NCBI GenBank assembly: GCA_964016885.1
Contig: OZ024755.1
Location: 15,810,001-15,874,000 of the forward strand
Direction: 5' to 3'
Source: Eledone cirrhosa
Taxonomy: Eukaryota
Length of the DNA stretch: 64,000 bases
The position numbers were made by a program, and so were the translations under genes. The notes under the pieces were generated by a model that was not told where the DNA came from, searched no databases, and saw only the letters and a program-made list of their open reading frames with translations. Shown in pieces: positions 44,471-58,570 of this stretch. The stretch's first letter is position 1. Each line of letters starts with the position of its first letter.

Positions 44471-44767
44471 GGTAGGTAGGTAGGTAGGTAGGTAGGTAGG
44501 TAGGTAGATAGGTAGGTAGGTAGGTAGTTAGATATGTAGGTAGGTAGGTAGGTAGGTAGGTAGGTAGATATGTAGGTAGGTAGGTAGGTAGGTAGGTAGG
44601 TAGTTAGATATGTAGGTAGGTAGGTAGGTAGTTAGATATGTAGGTAGGTAGGTAGGTAGGTAGGTAGGTAGGTAGGTAGGTAGGTAGGTAGTTAGATATG
44701 TAGGTAGGTAGGTAGGTAGGTAGGTAGGTAGGTAGGTAGGTAGGTAGGTAGGTAGGTAGGTAGGTAA
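44471..44767. repeat. (TAGG)n microsatellite with recurring TTAGATATG interruptions
   Basis: Direct repeat with higher-order duplication. Confidence 0.95.
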
Positions 44768-45534
44768 GTAAGAAGACAGATAGCTCCGTATTGTCAAATC
44801 TCTCTAGCAGCTATTTCCTCATCAACCACCACCATCACAAATAATAGCACCATCACCTCTACCACCACAAGTACAAACACCGCCAACACCACCAGCAGAA
44901 CCATTACCCCCACCTCCACTACCAACATCACTACCTTCACCACCTCCACTACCACCACTAATACCAACTCCAGATCTCCATTACTAACACCTTTACCACC
45001 ACCTTCACTTCCACCACCAATGCCACCACCACCACCACCAACACCACCACCACCACCAACACTACTACCACTAGAACGCGGAACATTGATCCCTACAACT
45101 ACCTCCCATCCATTATCAGCCAGCTAGTTTTGACCTTTCTAACAACAGCTCTAACAACACCGTATGCCATCTTTCTCTCTCCCACTTTATCTCACTGACC
45201 TCTCCCATGACTCCCAACTTAAATATATCAAATTATTGATCAATTTACTCCAATCTCACTCTTTCTTTCACACTCTCTCTCTCTCTCTCACTCTCTCTCT
45301 CTTTCTCTCTCTCTCTCCCTCTATATATCTATCTAACTATCTCTACCTCTCTCTCTTTCTCCCCATTTAATCTTTCTCACACTTTCTCCCTAGATGTATA
45401 TATATATATTATGCATATATATATGTATATGTATGTATATATACATATGAATATATATATATATATGTATGTATATATATATATGAATATATATATATAT
45501 CTATGTATATATATGTATATATGAATATATATGC

Positions 45535-45653
<119 letters not shown>

Positions 45654-45698
45654 ATATATAATGTAAATGTATATATGTACACACTACACACATACATT

Positions 45699-45732
<34 letters not shown>

Positions 45733-46253
45733 TTTTGAGTATATGTTGGTTGTATACCAATACCTCAGTATGCAGGCTGGAGCACTCGACGAAGTGCGCA
45801 GGTTATTTTGGTTACTCCGGAGTAATGTAAAATAAAGTTAAATAAGAAGTCAAATGTTTAAAATTTAGCTTCGTTTATTACTGCTATATATATTTCAGTG
45901 ACAGCCATCTTTGGCAGTCTGAATTAGTGTGGTATAGACAAGTACATATGTTGTTGAGGTGTATAATTTTGTCAATACTCTGATATGCCCAGTTCCTGGT
46001 TGGGTTGTTATTTCACTGAGGAACCTGAATCATCTGGATATGAATCCAGTGAAATAACAACCCAACCAGGAACTGGGCATATCAGAGTATTGACAAAATT
46101 ATACACCTCAACAACATATGTACTTGTCTATACCACACTAATTCGGACTGCCTGAAGAGGTCACAGCCAAAGATGGCTGTCACTGAAATATATATAGCAG
46201 TAATAAACGAAGCTAAATTTTAAACAGTTGACTTTTTATTTAACTTTATTTTA
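45733..46253. mobile_element. HHR element family F copy 1, ~190-bp inverted arms plus tail
   Basis: Arms 45828-46018 and 46047-46253; ~95-nt tail 45733-45827; microsatellite flanks. Confidence 0.8.
46147..46201 (+). ncRNA. Type I hammerhead ribozyme
   Basis: ACUGC-CUGAAGA-GGU.ACAGCCA/UGGCUGU.ACU-GAAA-UAUAUA-UA-GCAGU; cleavage after 46196. Confidence 0.82.
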
Positions 46254-46859
46254 TATATATATATATGTATTTAGTTTTAGCTTTTCCACCTTTCTTTTGT
46301 CCGTATTTCAAAAAATATCCTCTAATGTTGTGCTAGAATTTTTGGATGACCAGGAAGTTTGTTCGTTTATATATATATATAAACGGAAAAAATGAAACGA
46401 AATTTCATTTCCCACTCTTAGTACGGCTGTTACTTAAATATAAGTATGTATACGTACATACATATATGTATACAGACGTACAGTAGTATGTATATATATA
46501 TACATACATGCACACATATATATATGTACGTATGGATTCACCGAACATTTATTATAATGCTCGGTGTGTTTGTAAACAAACATCCCGTATTAAGCCGTAG
46601 TGTCCAACAACCATCGTTGCTCGTTTGTTCAACACTGACAAAGGAACGCTGTACTAGTTTCAAGCTTATTAGCTATCGTCAGCAACGTATACCTTCCTGC
46701 CAGATTGTTGAACGTATATACTTACCTTATGCATATTAATGGCTGAGTAGCCCAATTTGCATATCGAATGAGTTAATCAAATATATATATACATATTTGA
46801 AAATGAACGAGCAGAACACAGGAGCCAATTGCACACAGTTATCTTACCTTGGTATACAT

Positions 46860-46978
<119 letters not shown>

Positions 46979-47014
46979 TATATATGTACGCATATATATA
47001 TATATATATAAATA

Positions 47015-47362
47015 TATTTTGAGTATATGTTGGTTGTATACCAACACCTAAGTATGCAGACTGGAGCACTCGACGAAGTGCGCAGGTTGGTTTGGTTACT
47101 CCGGAGTAATGTAAAATAAAGTTAAATAAAAAGTCAAATGATTCCAGTTCCTCAGTGAAATAACAACCCAACCAGGAACTGGGCATATCAGAGTATTGAC
47201 AATATTATACACCTCAACAACATATGTACTTGTCTATACCACACTAATTCGGACTGCCTGAAGAGGTCACAGCCAAAGATGGCTGTCACTGAAATATATA
47301 TAGCAGTAATAAACGAAGCTAAATTTTAAACATTTGACTTTTTATTTAACTTTATTTTATAT
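47015..47362. mobile_element. HHR element family F copy 2
   Basis: Same tail and right arm as 45733-46253 but a much shorter inverted arm; (TA)n both sides. Confidence 0.8.
47253..47307 (+). ncRNA. Type I hammerhead ribozyme (identical to 46147-46201)
   Basis: Same sequence; cleavage after 47302. Confidence 0.82.
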
Positions 47363-47381
47363 ATAAATATATATATATATA

Positions 47382-47461
<80 letters not shown>

Positions 47462-47502
47462 TAGAAATATATATATATATACATATACATATATATATAT
47501 AT

Positions 47503-47714
47503 ATAGGAACCAGTAAGACCCCGACAGCTGAGCTCAAGCCGTTTCGACGGCTAATTCTGGACTAAAAAAATTTTTTAGTCCAGAATTAGCCGTCGAAACG
47601 GCTTGAGCTCAGCTGTCGGGGTCTTACTGGTTCCTATTACCCACTCTACTACCTCAAGTATTGAGTACTTTGGTGCGTTATGGTCCACCTGGTTCCTTAC
47701 CACATTTCCTTCGT
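47503..47714 (+). mobile_element. Family G element: perfect 67-bp-arm palindrome with HHR 3' half plus tail
   Basis: Centre 47570; GAAA-CGGC...GCUG-UC-GGGG; tail GTATTGAGTACTTTGGTGCGTTATGGTCCACCTGG recurs at 63928-63992. Confidence 0.72.
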
Positions 47715-47745
<31 letters not shown>

Positions 47746-48137
47746 TCGGATAACTGGGAAGTGTTGGTATTTTTGTAATATTTGCTGAACACCAACCGAG
47801 CACTTCCTTCTCCAGGGAGAATTTATGATATCTCGCCATTATTGTGGTGAATGAATGAATGAATAGACAACGTTTATAATTAGAAGTGAATAAATGCTCC
47901 CTGACCCTAGAACTACATTCAATAATATATCCAAAAGTATATTTTCTCTCACACACTCACACAGACGCTGTAAATCGATGATTTCAACTAATTATCTCTG
48001 AAGAATATTTTGTAATGGAAACCCCCAACGTCGCAACCATTGATTTCACGCTTGAATTAACAATTTAATACTAAACTGATCATATTTAGTTATTGTAAAT
48101 TCGTCTGTTTATTATTAACTGTGTTCTGTGTAGTTGG

Positions 48138-48179
<42 letters not shown>

Positions 48180-48464
48180 TGATATCATCATCATCCTCAT
48201 CACCATCATCACCACCATCATCATTATTATCATCATCATCGACATCATCATCATCATCATCATCCTCAGTGTATTCTTCTTTATCTTCGTCGTTATTCAT
48301 TCATCATTATCGTCATTGGGTAGTTGCTGGCCTTGTGCCTAAAGTAGAAACAATTATCGTCATAACCATCAACATCCGCATCATAACCACTATCATCATC
48401 ATCATGACCATCGTCATCATCACCCTCGTCGCCGTCGTCGTGGTTGTCATCATCATTATAGTAA

Positions 48465-49013
48465 TAATTGTTTCTACTTTTAGGCACAAGGCCAGCAATT
48501 ACCCAGTGTATTACTGGTACTTTATTTTATCGACCCTGTAAGGATGAAAGGCAAAGTCAACCTCGGCGGGATTTGAACTCAGATCGTAAAGGGACGTAAC
48601 TATGCTGGAAAGCATGGCGTCCGACCCTCTACCGATACTGCCAATCCACCGCCCATTATAGTAATAATAAATACAAAGACCAAAATCCGAAGAGACTCGA
48701 TAAGGATTGTATATATATAATTGTCTCTACTTTAGGCACAACGCCAGCAATTACCCAGTGCATTACTGGTACTTTATTTTATCGACCCTGTAAGGATGAA
48801 AGGCAAAGTCAACCTCGGCGGGATTTGAACTCAGATCGTAAAGGAACGTAACTATGCTGGAAAGCATGGCGTCCGACCCTCTACTGATACTGCCAATCCA
48901 CCGCCCTTATTGTATATATATAATTGTTTCTACTTTAGGCACAAGGCCAGCAATTACCCAGTGCATTACTGGTACTTTATTTTATCGACCCCGTAAGGAT
49001 GAAAGGCAAAGTC
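48465..49013 (-). mobile_element. Cluster of three SINE family 1 copies (48465-48653, 48719-48905, truncated 48922-49013)
   Basis: TSDs CATTATAGTAATAAT and (TT)ATTGTATATATATAAT. Confidence 0.9.
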
Positions 49014-49122
49014 ATTATTGTATATATATAATCAAACCCGTATATATGTAAACCCGTAGAACAAATATTTATTATTAGCTCAGTTATTTCTGCCAACTTA
49101 TAATTTTAATCTGTACTAATAT

Positions 49123-49181
<59 letters not shown>

Positions 49182-49552
49182 AATAAGCAAGTCGGACTGT
49201 CAAATACATAAATCTAGTACAAACGCAAAACAATCATCGAATGCCTTATACTTAAATAAAAGACAACAATAAACCCAACAATAAGCAAGACATCTCGTGG
49301 ATAAGACCATCGAATACAAACTCGTAAATAATACTTTCATAAATACAAAGCCAATCATGAACTAAATGTCTATACTAGAACTAAGACATCCGCCATAATC
49401 CCTACCTCAGACATCCTCCATATTTCCCAACTCTTGACTCGCTCTAAATATGAGTATGAGGAAGACTGACTTTTTTCAAGCTGCAAAAGAAGTTCAACTT
49501 TTTCCTATATTTTTACCCATGTGTGATATAAAAAGACCTGGTATATATATAT

Positions 49553-49698
<146 letters not shown>

Positions 49699-50348
49699 GT
49701 GTGTGTGTGAGACTGTCATTTAAAACAATTAATTTCACGAACAGGCAGTTCCGTTGGTCACACAATTGGAAGGAAGACACATCGTCAACATCGACGGAGA
49801 GGCAACACACACACGCACACATACTACATAAACACATACACACACACGTACACACACGTACACACACGTACATACACATACACATAATCACGTCGTCACA
49901 CTCATATACACTTAAGAGAAAGTAATATTAGTCGACGACCACCATTAATCATTATCACAGTTTAACGGTAATTTAATGCAGATACATATTATGTAAATGT
50001 ATTGCAAATGTCTGATTGTGAAATTCTAATTAGAAACCAACAGCCTTACAAATTTATTAGAGGAAATAAGATAAAATATAAAGAAAGGAAATTCTTATTG
50101 ATAGAGAAAAATTGATAATAAAACAACAGCAGAAGAGATAAAATAGATAGAATTAAATTAAAGATATCTAAATCAGATATTATTATTTTTATTGTTGATT
50201 TTGTGTGTTTTAACACCAGAATATTAACATTTCTGGTTAGATTGTATTTTAGACTTCCTGTCTTAGTTTGCAGCAAATCTAGAAATGATACTTCTTCTTC
50301 TTCTTCTTCTTCTTCTACTATTACTACCACTACTACTACTACTACTAC

Positions 50349-50450
<102 letters not shown>

Positions 50451-51159
50451 GAGCAGGCCCTCAAAACGAAGTGGCTGAAATACCATATTTACAAGGAGGA
50501 GGCTAGCCCACTGTGCAGGATCTGTGGAGAGAGAGAGGAGACTGTGGCTCACATTGTATCCGAGTGTAAACACCTAGCCCAGACTCACTATAAAGGCTGG
50601 AGACATGATGTGATGGGCAGGGTGATCCACTGGCACCAATGCAAAGTAAACAATTTACCACATTCTGAGAAGTGGTATGATCATAAGCCAGAGTCAGTGG
50701 TAGAAAACGATCAGGTGAAGGTGCTGTTAGATTTTAGGTTACAGACGAACAAGAAACTGGAACACAATAGGCCTGACCTGGTGGTTTTGGACAAGGAATA
50801 AAGATCGTGCCTGATTGTGGATGTGGCCTGCCCATTTGACACGAGAGTGCAAGAGAAGGAGAGGGAGAAAATTAACCGATACCAGGACTTAAAGTGGGAG
50901 GTAAAAAGGATTTGGAACTGCCATGAAGTCTAAGTGGTCCCGATTGTCATAGGCGCACTAGGTACTATCTCAAAAAGTTTCCAAGGATGGTTAAAGAAAG
51001 TTAGTCCAGCCCCACTTTTTGGAACACTACAAAAGACATGGTTGCTGGGAACAGCAAGAACTCTCCGATACGTCCTGAATATCTGAGGCTGCAGGTAGTG
51101 GCTTGATATTCATTTCAACAAACTTTCCAGTTAACTAACATCAATGACTGAGACTCAAA

Positions 51160-51160
<1 letters not shown>
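50451..51160 (+). mobile_element. 5'-truncated R4/Dong-like non-LTR retrotransposon (CCHC knuckle + REL endonuclease), pseudogenised
   Basis: CRICGEREETVAHIVSEC, RHD, RPDLVV, IVDVACPFD, EKINRYQDL, VVPIVIGALG, LGTARTLR; two internal stops; terminal TGA at 51084-51086; (TAA)n both sides. Confidence 0.9.
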
Positions 51161-51253
<93 letters not shown>

Positions 51254-51255
<2 letters not shown>

Positions 51256-52215
51256 TTTCTTTATTAACCACAAGGGTTTACATAAAGTAGACATTAAGGA
51301 CAGTGCAGGACAATGCAGGACGGTACAAATGGGCATTTCTGCGTGTAAAAAAACAAAAACAGAGGATGTAACAAAAATAACAATGAAAATAACAATGAAA
51401 AATTCCCCAATAGGGGGGAGACTTCGGAGGGACATTTGTGGAGAAAGCCCAGTGAAAAGCCACAATGACCCTGACCACCAAGGCAAGTGCCCTCTCCCAG
51501 TTTTCCACCTTTAGTTTACAGATATATACTCAGAGTCGGCCCATTCACTCGGGCCATTCTTGCTTCTCTCACCCATCTTTCAACAAAATGCTGGGAAGAG
51601 AGCACTTCCCTCTCTACTCTGATTTTCCTTTTCAAATGAAATTTGAAAAAGTCAATCAGAGCATCACCGAAGAGGTAAGTGCTCGTCTTCAGCCCTTTCA
51701 AACGTGTCCACCATACTATCTCTTTCGCCATGGCCACCAGGCAGATAAAAACTGCCTGCCCTTCCCGGCTAAAGGAGGAGGGCGGGGCAATCCTCACGAT
51801 GGACTCAGATGATAGCCGGATCCGTCCTAAACGCGACAGCAGGTGTTCGACATAAACCCACAAGTCAGCAATTTTCGGACACTGGACGAGTGCGTGCAGG
51901 ACGGTTTCGTCGCCCTGCGCGCATCTCGGACATGCCCGGCTGACGGCACCTCCATGCCTGTAGAGTTTATCCCGAACTGGCAAGGCTCCTCGGTAGCACT
52001 GCCAGGCCAGAGATTTCTGGAAGTTGTCCATAGGCCCCGGCCCGAAAGTTCTTCCGAAGAGATTGGCTAGTTGATTTTCGTCGACGCCTAGAGTTTCCCC
52101 AAGTACGTCGTCGCTCTTCCCCTCCACTAATCCTCTATAGAACGCCGAGGTGGAGTTTCCACCGATCACATTGCCCGATTGGTCGAGGGCTGTGAGCGCC
52201 ACCAATTCCGAATGT
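51254..52215 (-). mobile_element. L1/Tx1-clade LINE 3' end (zf-RVT-like C-terminus + 3' UTR)
   Basis: ORF 51516-52205: LAWQCYRGALPVRDKL...CPRCAQGDETVLHALVQC; AATAAA then (ATT)n at the 3' end. Confidence 0.82.
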
Positions 52216-52708
52216 CCTTGTCCTTGTTCTTGTTCTTTTTCTTGTTGTTGTTGTTGATTGCGGTGGTGTTGGGGGTGTTGATGTTATTGTTGATGATATT
52301 CTTTTGAATGATATTGATATTGTTGTTGTTGATATTGATGTTGTTGATAATGTTGCTGTTGATAATTGTATTGTTGATAATGATGTTGTTGATGATAATA
52401 TTGTTGATAATGGTGTTGATAACGGTGTTTTTTGATAATGGTGTTGTTGTTATTGTTGTTTTTGATAATGATGTTGATAATGACATTGTTGTTCACAAGT
52501 GTTGTTGTTGTTACTGTTGTTGTTCATAATGGTATCGTTGATGATAGTGTTTTTATTGTTGTTGATAATAGTGTTGTTGTTGTTCTTGTTGTGCTGATAA
52601 TTGTTTCGGTGAACTAAAGACTTATAGGCACTCTAGCCGTAGCTATTCTGTTTTCTGTTGTTTTTTTCTTCAAGCAGTATATTTAGGACTGCATTATCTT
52701 ATATCTTT

Positions 52709-52897
52709 GGGCGGTGGATTGGCAGTATCGGTAGAGGGTCGGACGCCATGCTTTGACGCATAGAGTTACGGCCCTTGCCATTATGAGTTCGAAACCCGCC
52801 GAGGTTAACTTTGCCTTTCATCCTTACGGGGTCGATAAAATAAAGTACCAGTAATGCACTGGATAATTGCTGGCCTTGTGCCAAAAGTAGAAACAAT
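52709..52897 (+). mobile_element. Full-length SINE family 1
   Basis: Consensus match; TSD ATTATCTTATATC. Confidence 0.9.
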
Positions 52898-52997
52898 TAT
52901 CTTATATCCTTTGTTTCCCTCCTTAGTCAGAAAAGAAAAATCAGCGTCCATGATCCTTTCTTTTTCTAGGTTCTATCCTTTCCACAAGACCTAACTA

Positions 52998-53200
52998 ATA
53001 ATTGTTTCTGATTTTGGGGAGAAGGGGAAAGTCGATTAATTCTACCTAGTGCGCTACTGATACTATATTTTATCGACCTCGTAAGGATGAAAGGCAAAGC
53101 TAACCTCAACGGGATTTGAACTTAGAATGTAAAGGGCCGTAAATATATACCATAAAGCATGTATTCCTATGCTCTACAGATACTGTCAACACGCCACCCT
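52998..53200 (-). mobile_element. Diverged SINE family 1 variant
   Basis: TTTTATCGACCTCGTAAGGATGAAAGGCAAAGCTAACCTC. Confidence 0.75.
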
Positions 53201-53738
53201 CACAGACTTATTAATGAGAGTTAATTATATTACTAAATACCGTTGGAATCTTGATTACTTTGAAAATGATTTAAAAGTCAGAGACAGTGAAATATGATAA
53301 GGAAAGGGTTAAACATTGATGGTGATTAATGGTAGCCGACAAATGTTACATTCTCTAAAGTAATCACCATATAAGAGATACCTTTCATTTATTGCGTTAC
53401 TGTAATCACTCAGTGTCATTATCCACAAAGATTATATTATATGTAATCTTAAGTAATTAATACTAATTAAAGCTTTCTTTTTCTTACATAGGAATGAAAT
53501 GAAAACTCAGATTTCTTGTAATGAGGATAGGTACGATATGGTGGCGCTGTCATCTGTTTTTTTTTATTTTGTCTTTGTATAAATCTCATTAATGATAGAT
53601 ATATATTGCTTTTCAACGCCTAATGAAATCTGGACGCCAAATCGTTTTGTATAAGAAAATATATTCCGCCATATCTACATGTCTACATGAAGCTAGGTAT
53701 ATACATATGCGCCTGTGTATATATATATATATATGAGA

Positions 53739-53780
<42 letters not shown>

Positions 53781-53783
53781 GTA

Positions 53784-53919
<136 letters not shown>

Positions 53920-54159
53920 GAAACAGTGAATACAAGACACTATACGGTAAAATTAGAGGATACTAGTTTAATAATGTTTTGTGCTACGCCCTTCATTAGA
54001 TAGTAAAAGGTTAGTGGGGGAATGTGGGACGACTAGGAGATGATTTATAAGAAAGTACGAGGGTGGGCTGAAAAGTCCATAAGTTGATTATGAAGTAGTG
54101 ATGCTAGGGCTGTGAAATCTGGCTACACAGACGACAGAGACTGGGGAATTGGTGGCAGT

Positions 54160-54186
<27 letters not shown>

Positions 54187-54192
<6 letters not shown>

Positions 54193-54460
54193 AGAAGAAG
54201 AAGAAGAAGAAGAAGAAGAAGAAGAAGAAGAAGAAGAAGAAGAAGAAGAAGAAGAAGAAGAAGAAGAAGAAGAAGAAGAAGAAGAAGAAGAAGAAGAAGA
54301 AGAAGAAGAAGAAGAAGAAGAAGAAGAAGAAGAAGAAGAAGAAGAAGAAGAAGAAGAAGAAGAAGAAGAAGAAGAAGAAGAAGAAGAAGAAGAAGAAGAA
54401 GAAGAAGAAGAAGAAGAAGAAGAAGAAGAAGAAGAAGAAGAAGAAGAAGAAGAAGAAGAA
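54187..54460. repeat. Long pure (GAA)n preceded by (GCA)n
   Basis: Direct repeat. Confidence 0.97.
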
Positions 54461-54750
54461 TAATTTCTAGATTTGCTGCAAACCAAGAAAAATGACGCAT
54501 TGGTGAAAATTTACCGATAAAAATCAAGAAAATTCCTAAGAGAAGATTGAATAGTCTTTCTTTCTACATAGAAGATACTTACATTTCAAAGTAAGTGAAA
54601 CTTTCTATATATCTTATTTTCTTGAAATATTTATTTCGAAACGAAGAGAAAGCAGAATCTCAATAGACCATAACTCCGACCAGCCAAGTGTTGACTAAAA
54701 CAGTCTTTTGACAGACTTGTCAAATATATATATATGTGTGTATATATGTG

Positions 54751-54837
<87 letters not shown>

Positions 54838-55010
54838 AATTGGGAATAAATTATTGTGGAAATAAAAAAAATCAACGATGTATATTAAATAAATATATAT
54901 GTGCGTGTGTATGGATATATTCATATATAAATATATGTGCGTGTGTATCTATATATTCATATATATATATATATATGGGATAACAAGTTATCGTTATATA
55001 GTTTTCTATG

Positions 55011-55120
55011 TGTCCTGATGAGTTGAATAGTTATAAACAATGTATTGGAGATTGATTGTCACAGCACCAAGTGATTATCGAACTCTAGACACATCTGATC
55101 AACGAAACAATTGTCAGTAG
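55011..55120 (+). ncRNA. HHR-like motif with ~70-nt insert in loop 2
   Basis: CUGAUGA-GUUGA...UCAAC-GAAA-CAAUUG-UC; palindromic helix III; helix I pairing poor; element between TA tracts. Confidence 0.5.
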
Positions 55121-55186
55121 TTTAAATGAAATAAAACCCTTATTGTACAGCCTACTATGTTACTCTTCTTTCTTTTCTTCTTTCTT

Positions 55187-55315
<129 letters not shown>

Positions 55316-55985
55316 ATATAATATAATTCTGTGTTTGGTGAGAGAGATGCATTCAAAGAACCATTTCAACTTGCAGGACTCGATGTTGTAAACGGATATG
55401 TCCATCCAGATCGTTGTAAGTATTGAGGTAGTTCGGAGACTCAGGACACCATATGTTTCCACTGCTATGTCTTGAATATTATTTAGAAGAAAATAAAGAA
55501 AACAACCATTTTTCTTCTAGAAATGAAGACACTTTTAATGTCAATTCATATATGAAGTTAAAAACTACTTAAATTTAAAATGTACAAATATTAATGAGAA
55601 TATATGCAAATGTAAATTTGATTCTATTGCACAATTTATCAAGAGTGGGCAATGTGAGAGCTATAACTAATTTAGTTTATGTAATTGGGAAGCTGCAGTG
55701 GAGTCATTGATATATCGTATGAGCTAGAATAGAGACGAGTAAATCATAAATTTGATAGATTTAAGGTGAGCTAAATACTAGAACTTATGTACATGGTGAA
55801 ATAGCTACTTGATTTAAGATGTAGAACATATGTTATGAGAGTAAGCAACATGTTTGTTAGCTGAAAATGAAAGACGGCTGTATTGTAGGATGACATACCA
55901 AACAATTAAGTGGCTTGAGACCAGACATAGATAAATCAATACAGTTGTAGACAAAGTAAATAACAATACTCACATTGCCATAGAT

Positions 55986-56323
55986 CAGGGGTGCGGGACC
56001 TTTTCAATCTGAACAGCCATTTTTAGATAAAAAGAAAAATAATAATTGAGATTATTGGAGCCAGTTAATTTATTATAAACAACAATACATACAAGAAAGC
56101 ATAAATTTTGCTAACTTTTCTCTTACTAAATGTGATTTTGCTTTTTTTCTACTTTGAATCTTAACTGAAATTGCTTCAATGTCCGGGTCATAAATTATGG
56201 CATATATTTTAATACAATATTTCAAATTTTATATAATAAACATAAATTCAGAGCACATAAGAGCCATTAGAGATAGGCTAAAGAGCTACGCGTGGTTTCT
56301 GAGCCGCGGTTTCCTTCACCCTA
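55986..56323. mobile_element. hAT (Charlie-like) non-autonomous DNA transposon
   Basis: Ends CAGGGGTG...CACCCTA; 8-bp TSD CCATAGAT/CCATAAAT with central TA; internal GAGCC repeats. Confidence 0.7.
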
Positions 56324-56786
56324 CCATAAATACACAGGATGGCTGAAAAACTGTGAGAGAATGTAAACAAAATGTGGAAGGCTTTATGATTATTTATCGA
56401 AAAAATGAATACCAGACTTTACAAAATAAATACTGAGGTTAATATGCACGACTGATACCTGTAAAAGAATAAAAGAGTAAAAAATATACACACAAAAGTG
56501 TCATATGAAATCGAAATTTGAATGAAAAGTAACGAAACTAAAAATATTCTAGAAAAAATCTAGTAAAAAAGATAGATTTCTGAGCAGTCCCAGTTGATGG
56601 CTGAATAATGAATGGAGATCAGATCAAACAGGAAGAGAGATGATGGATGTAATCATTCAGAGAGTCCTCAGGGAGAGTCGATAGGAAGACAAGTGACGAA
56701 AGGTTATTCATGATCATGACAAAGAAAAATGACTGCAGAAGTGTTAAGAATGCGTATATATGTACTGCTTTGATATATATATATAA

Positions 56787-56922
56787 TGTAGGTTCCCGGG
56801 TGGTGTCGGGGGTGGTGTAGCTACATTTAAAGAAGGTTCTCAATTACTCAATATGTTGACAGAGTATCTATATTTTATATAAATGGCATCTACCGGACTA
56901 GAACTGTTTCATTCGTATGAAA
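56787..56922 (-). mobile_element. HHR element family C, truncated copy
   Basis: Revcomp GAATGAAACAGTTCTAGTCCGGTAGA; TA flank. Confidence 0.65.
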
Positions 56923-56989
56923 TAATAATAAAGATATATATATGTGTGTGTGTTATATGCTAATAATTTTGTGGGTTCTTTGCGTTTTG

Positions 56990-58570
56990 TGTTGGAGAGA
57001 CTTTATGCAGCTTTTCTTCTCCAGAAGCCAATCGTTTCTTAACTCGGCTCATTGAAGGCTGCTCCCAGTTTGCCCTTGGATACAGCTCAGGTGCTTTGGC
57101 CAGAAATTAGGGATCTTGTCCATCCCAGAAACTTCCCAGTTTCTTAATGTGGCATTTTAGTTATTAATGTGACTCGCTAGTTACTTGCTGGGTGGGGGGG
57201 GGTCACGTTTGGAGCGCTATTATATTTTTCCACTTTTCCCTTCTGGTGTTTTGTGATGTTGTTATAACGAGGAATGTTGTTGCTGTTCCATATTTTCATT
57301 ACGAATCAGAGTTAAAATGTTCTGCAGTTCTACAATTCATGTCTCAACTCTAATATTTCTGTTTCATAAACAAATATTTTGATATTTGTTCTCTTTTGTG
57401 CTGCCTCTTGTTTCTGGTCTTAATCTGCTACTCCCTCTTGTCTTTTGTTTTGTGGTGCGTTTTTGGTATTGTTCTCAGTATTTTTATTACAACAAGGATA
57501 AATTTTCCCTCACATTACCCCCAACGTGTCTCAGTTCCTTGCTCAAGTCCAAATATTTCTGAATTTCTTCTCTTTCATTTGCTTTGTCTCTGTAATTATA
57601 AGGTTTGACACACTCTTTGATCTTACACGTTGCTCTTCTTTTGTCTCTTATTTATTGTAGAATCTCACAGTGTAACAGAACGAACCAGGCCACTTAAAGG
57701 TGTTCCTTTAACATTTTAATGCTCTTTGATCAATTGCGGATATTAACTTTCTCAACTTTGTTCCCTTTTCCACACGAAACAACATTCTGGGTCTGTATAC
57801 ATACTTTTGTAATCCTTTTGATTCCTTTATCCAATGATCTACATGTTTCATTTACTACTCCAACGAAACGGTCAATGGCAATTTGCTCAATTCTTACGTT
57901 TCCGTCTCTCCGACTTTTATGCATTTCAATGGCTAACTGTTGGTTCATTCTCCGTTTGATTTCTTTCTCCGTTTTATTTCTTTGTAAAGGCTAGGTTAAT
58001 AATCCACATATGCCTTTGATGGCTACACTAAAAATCCGAATCCAGATTTCTTATAGTGGTAGAAGTATGTGGTATTATTCAAAAGCAGCTGTTGCTTCTT
58101 TCTCAACTTCTTTTATGGTTATATTTCTTCTTGGGAGGTGGTTTCTCTTTGGACAAGTTACATTAAATAAGCTTATATTATTCTGTTGGTGTATATTCTC
58201 TAAAACTAAATCCAGCTATCTGTTAGTAGTAGATTTATGTATCTGGCATTATTCAAAATGGCAACACAATTTCATTTCCGAATTTTCTATTGAGGTCCTG
58301 CTTGCTATCTGATTTTATACCTGACAGAATTATTGCAGACCAATCCTTCTTGCATTGACCAATGCATTTTAAAGGTTTTTCCAAATAATAATTTCCGGTA
58401 AGTATGTTAGATATTGACAGAAGATGATGAACAACTGTGAGTCTCTTTTTCCTTTTTCACCTGCACAGTTCTTATATCATTAGCATCCTTGTAAATTTCT
58501 TCCTCGCTTTCACTTCATTCATTTGTCTATTTTCCTTGATAACGAAAAACGTTTCGTGGTATCTAAATTA
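56990..58570 (-). pseudogene. Heavily decayed 5' half of an R4-like non-LTR ORF
   Basis: Revcomp near 57080-57150 translates LRNWEVSGMDKIPNFWPKHL, resembling the NWKxPGxDxIxxFW pre-RT motif; many stops and frameshifts; extent approximate. Confidence 0.45.
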
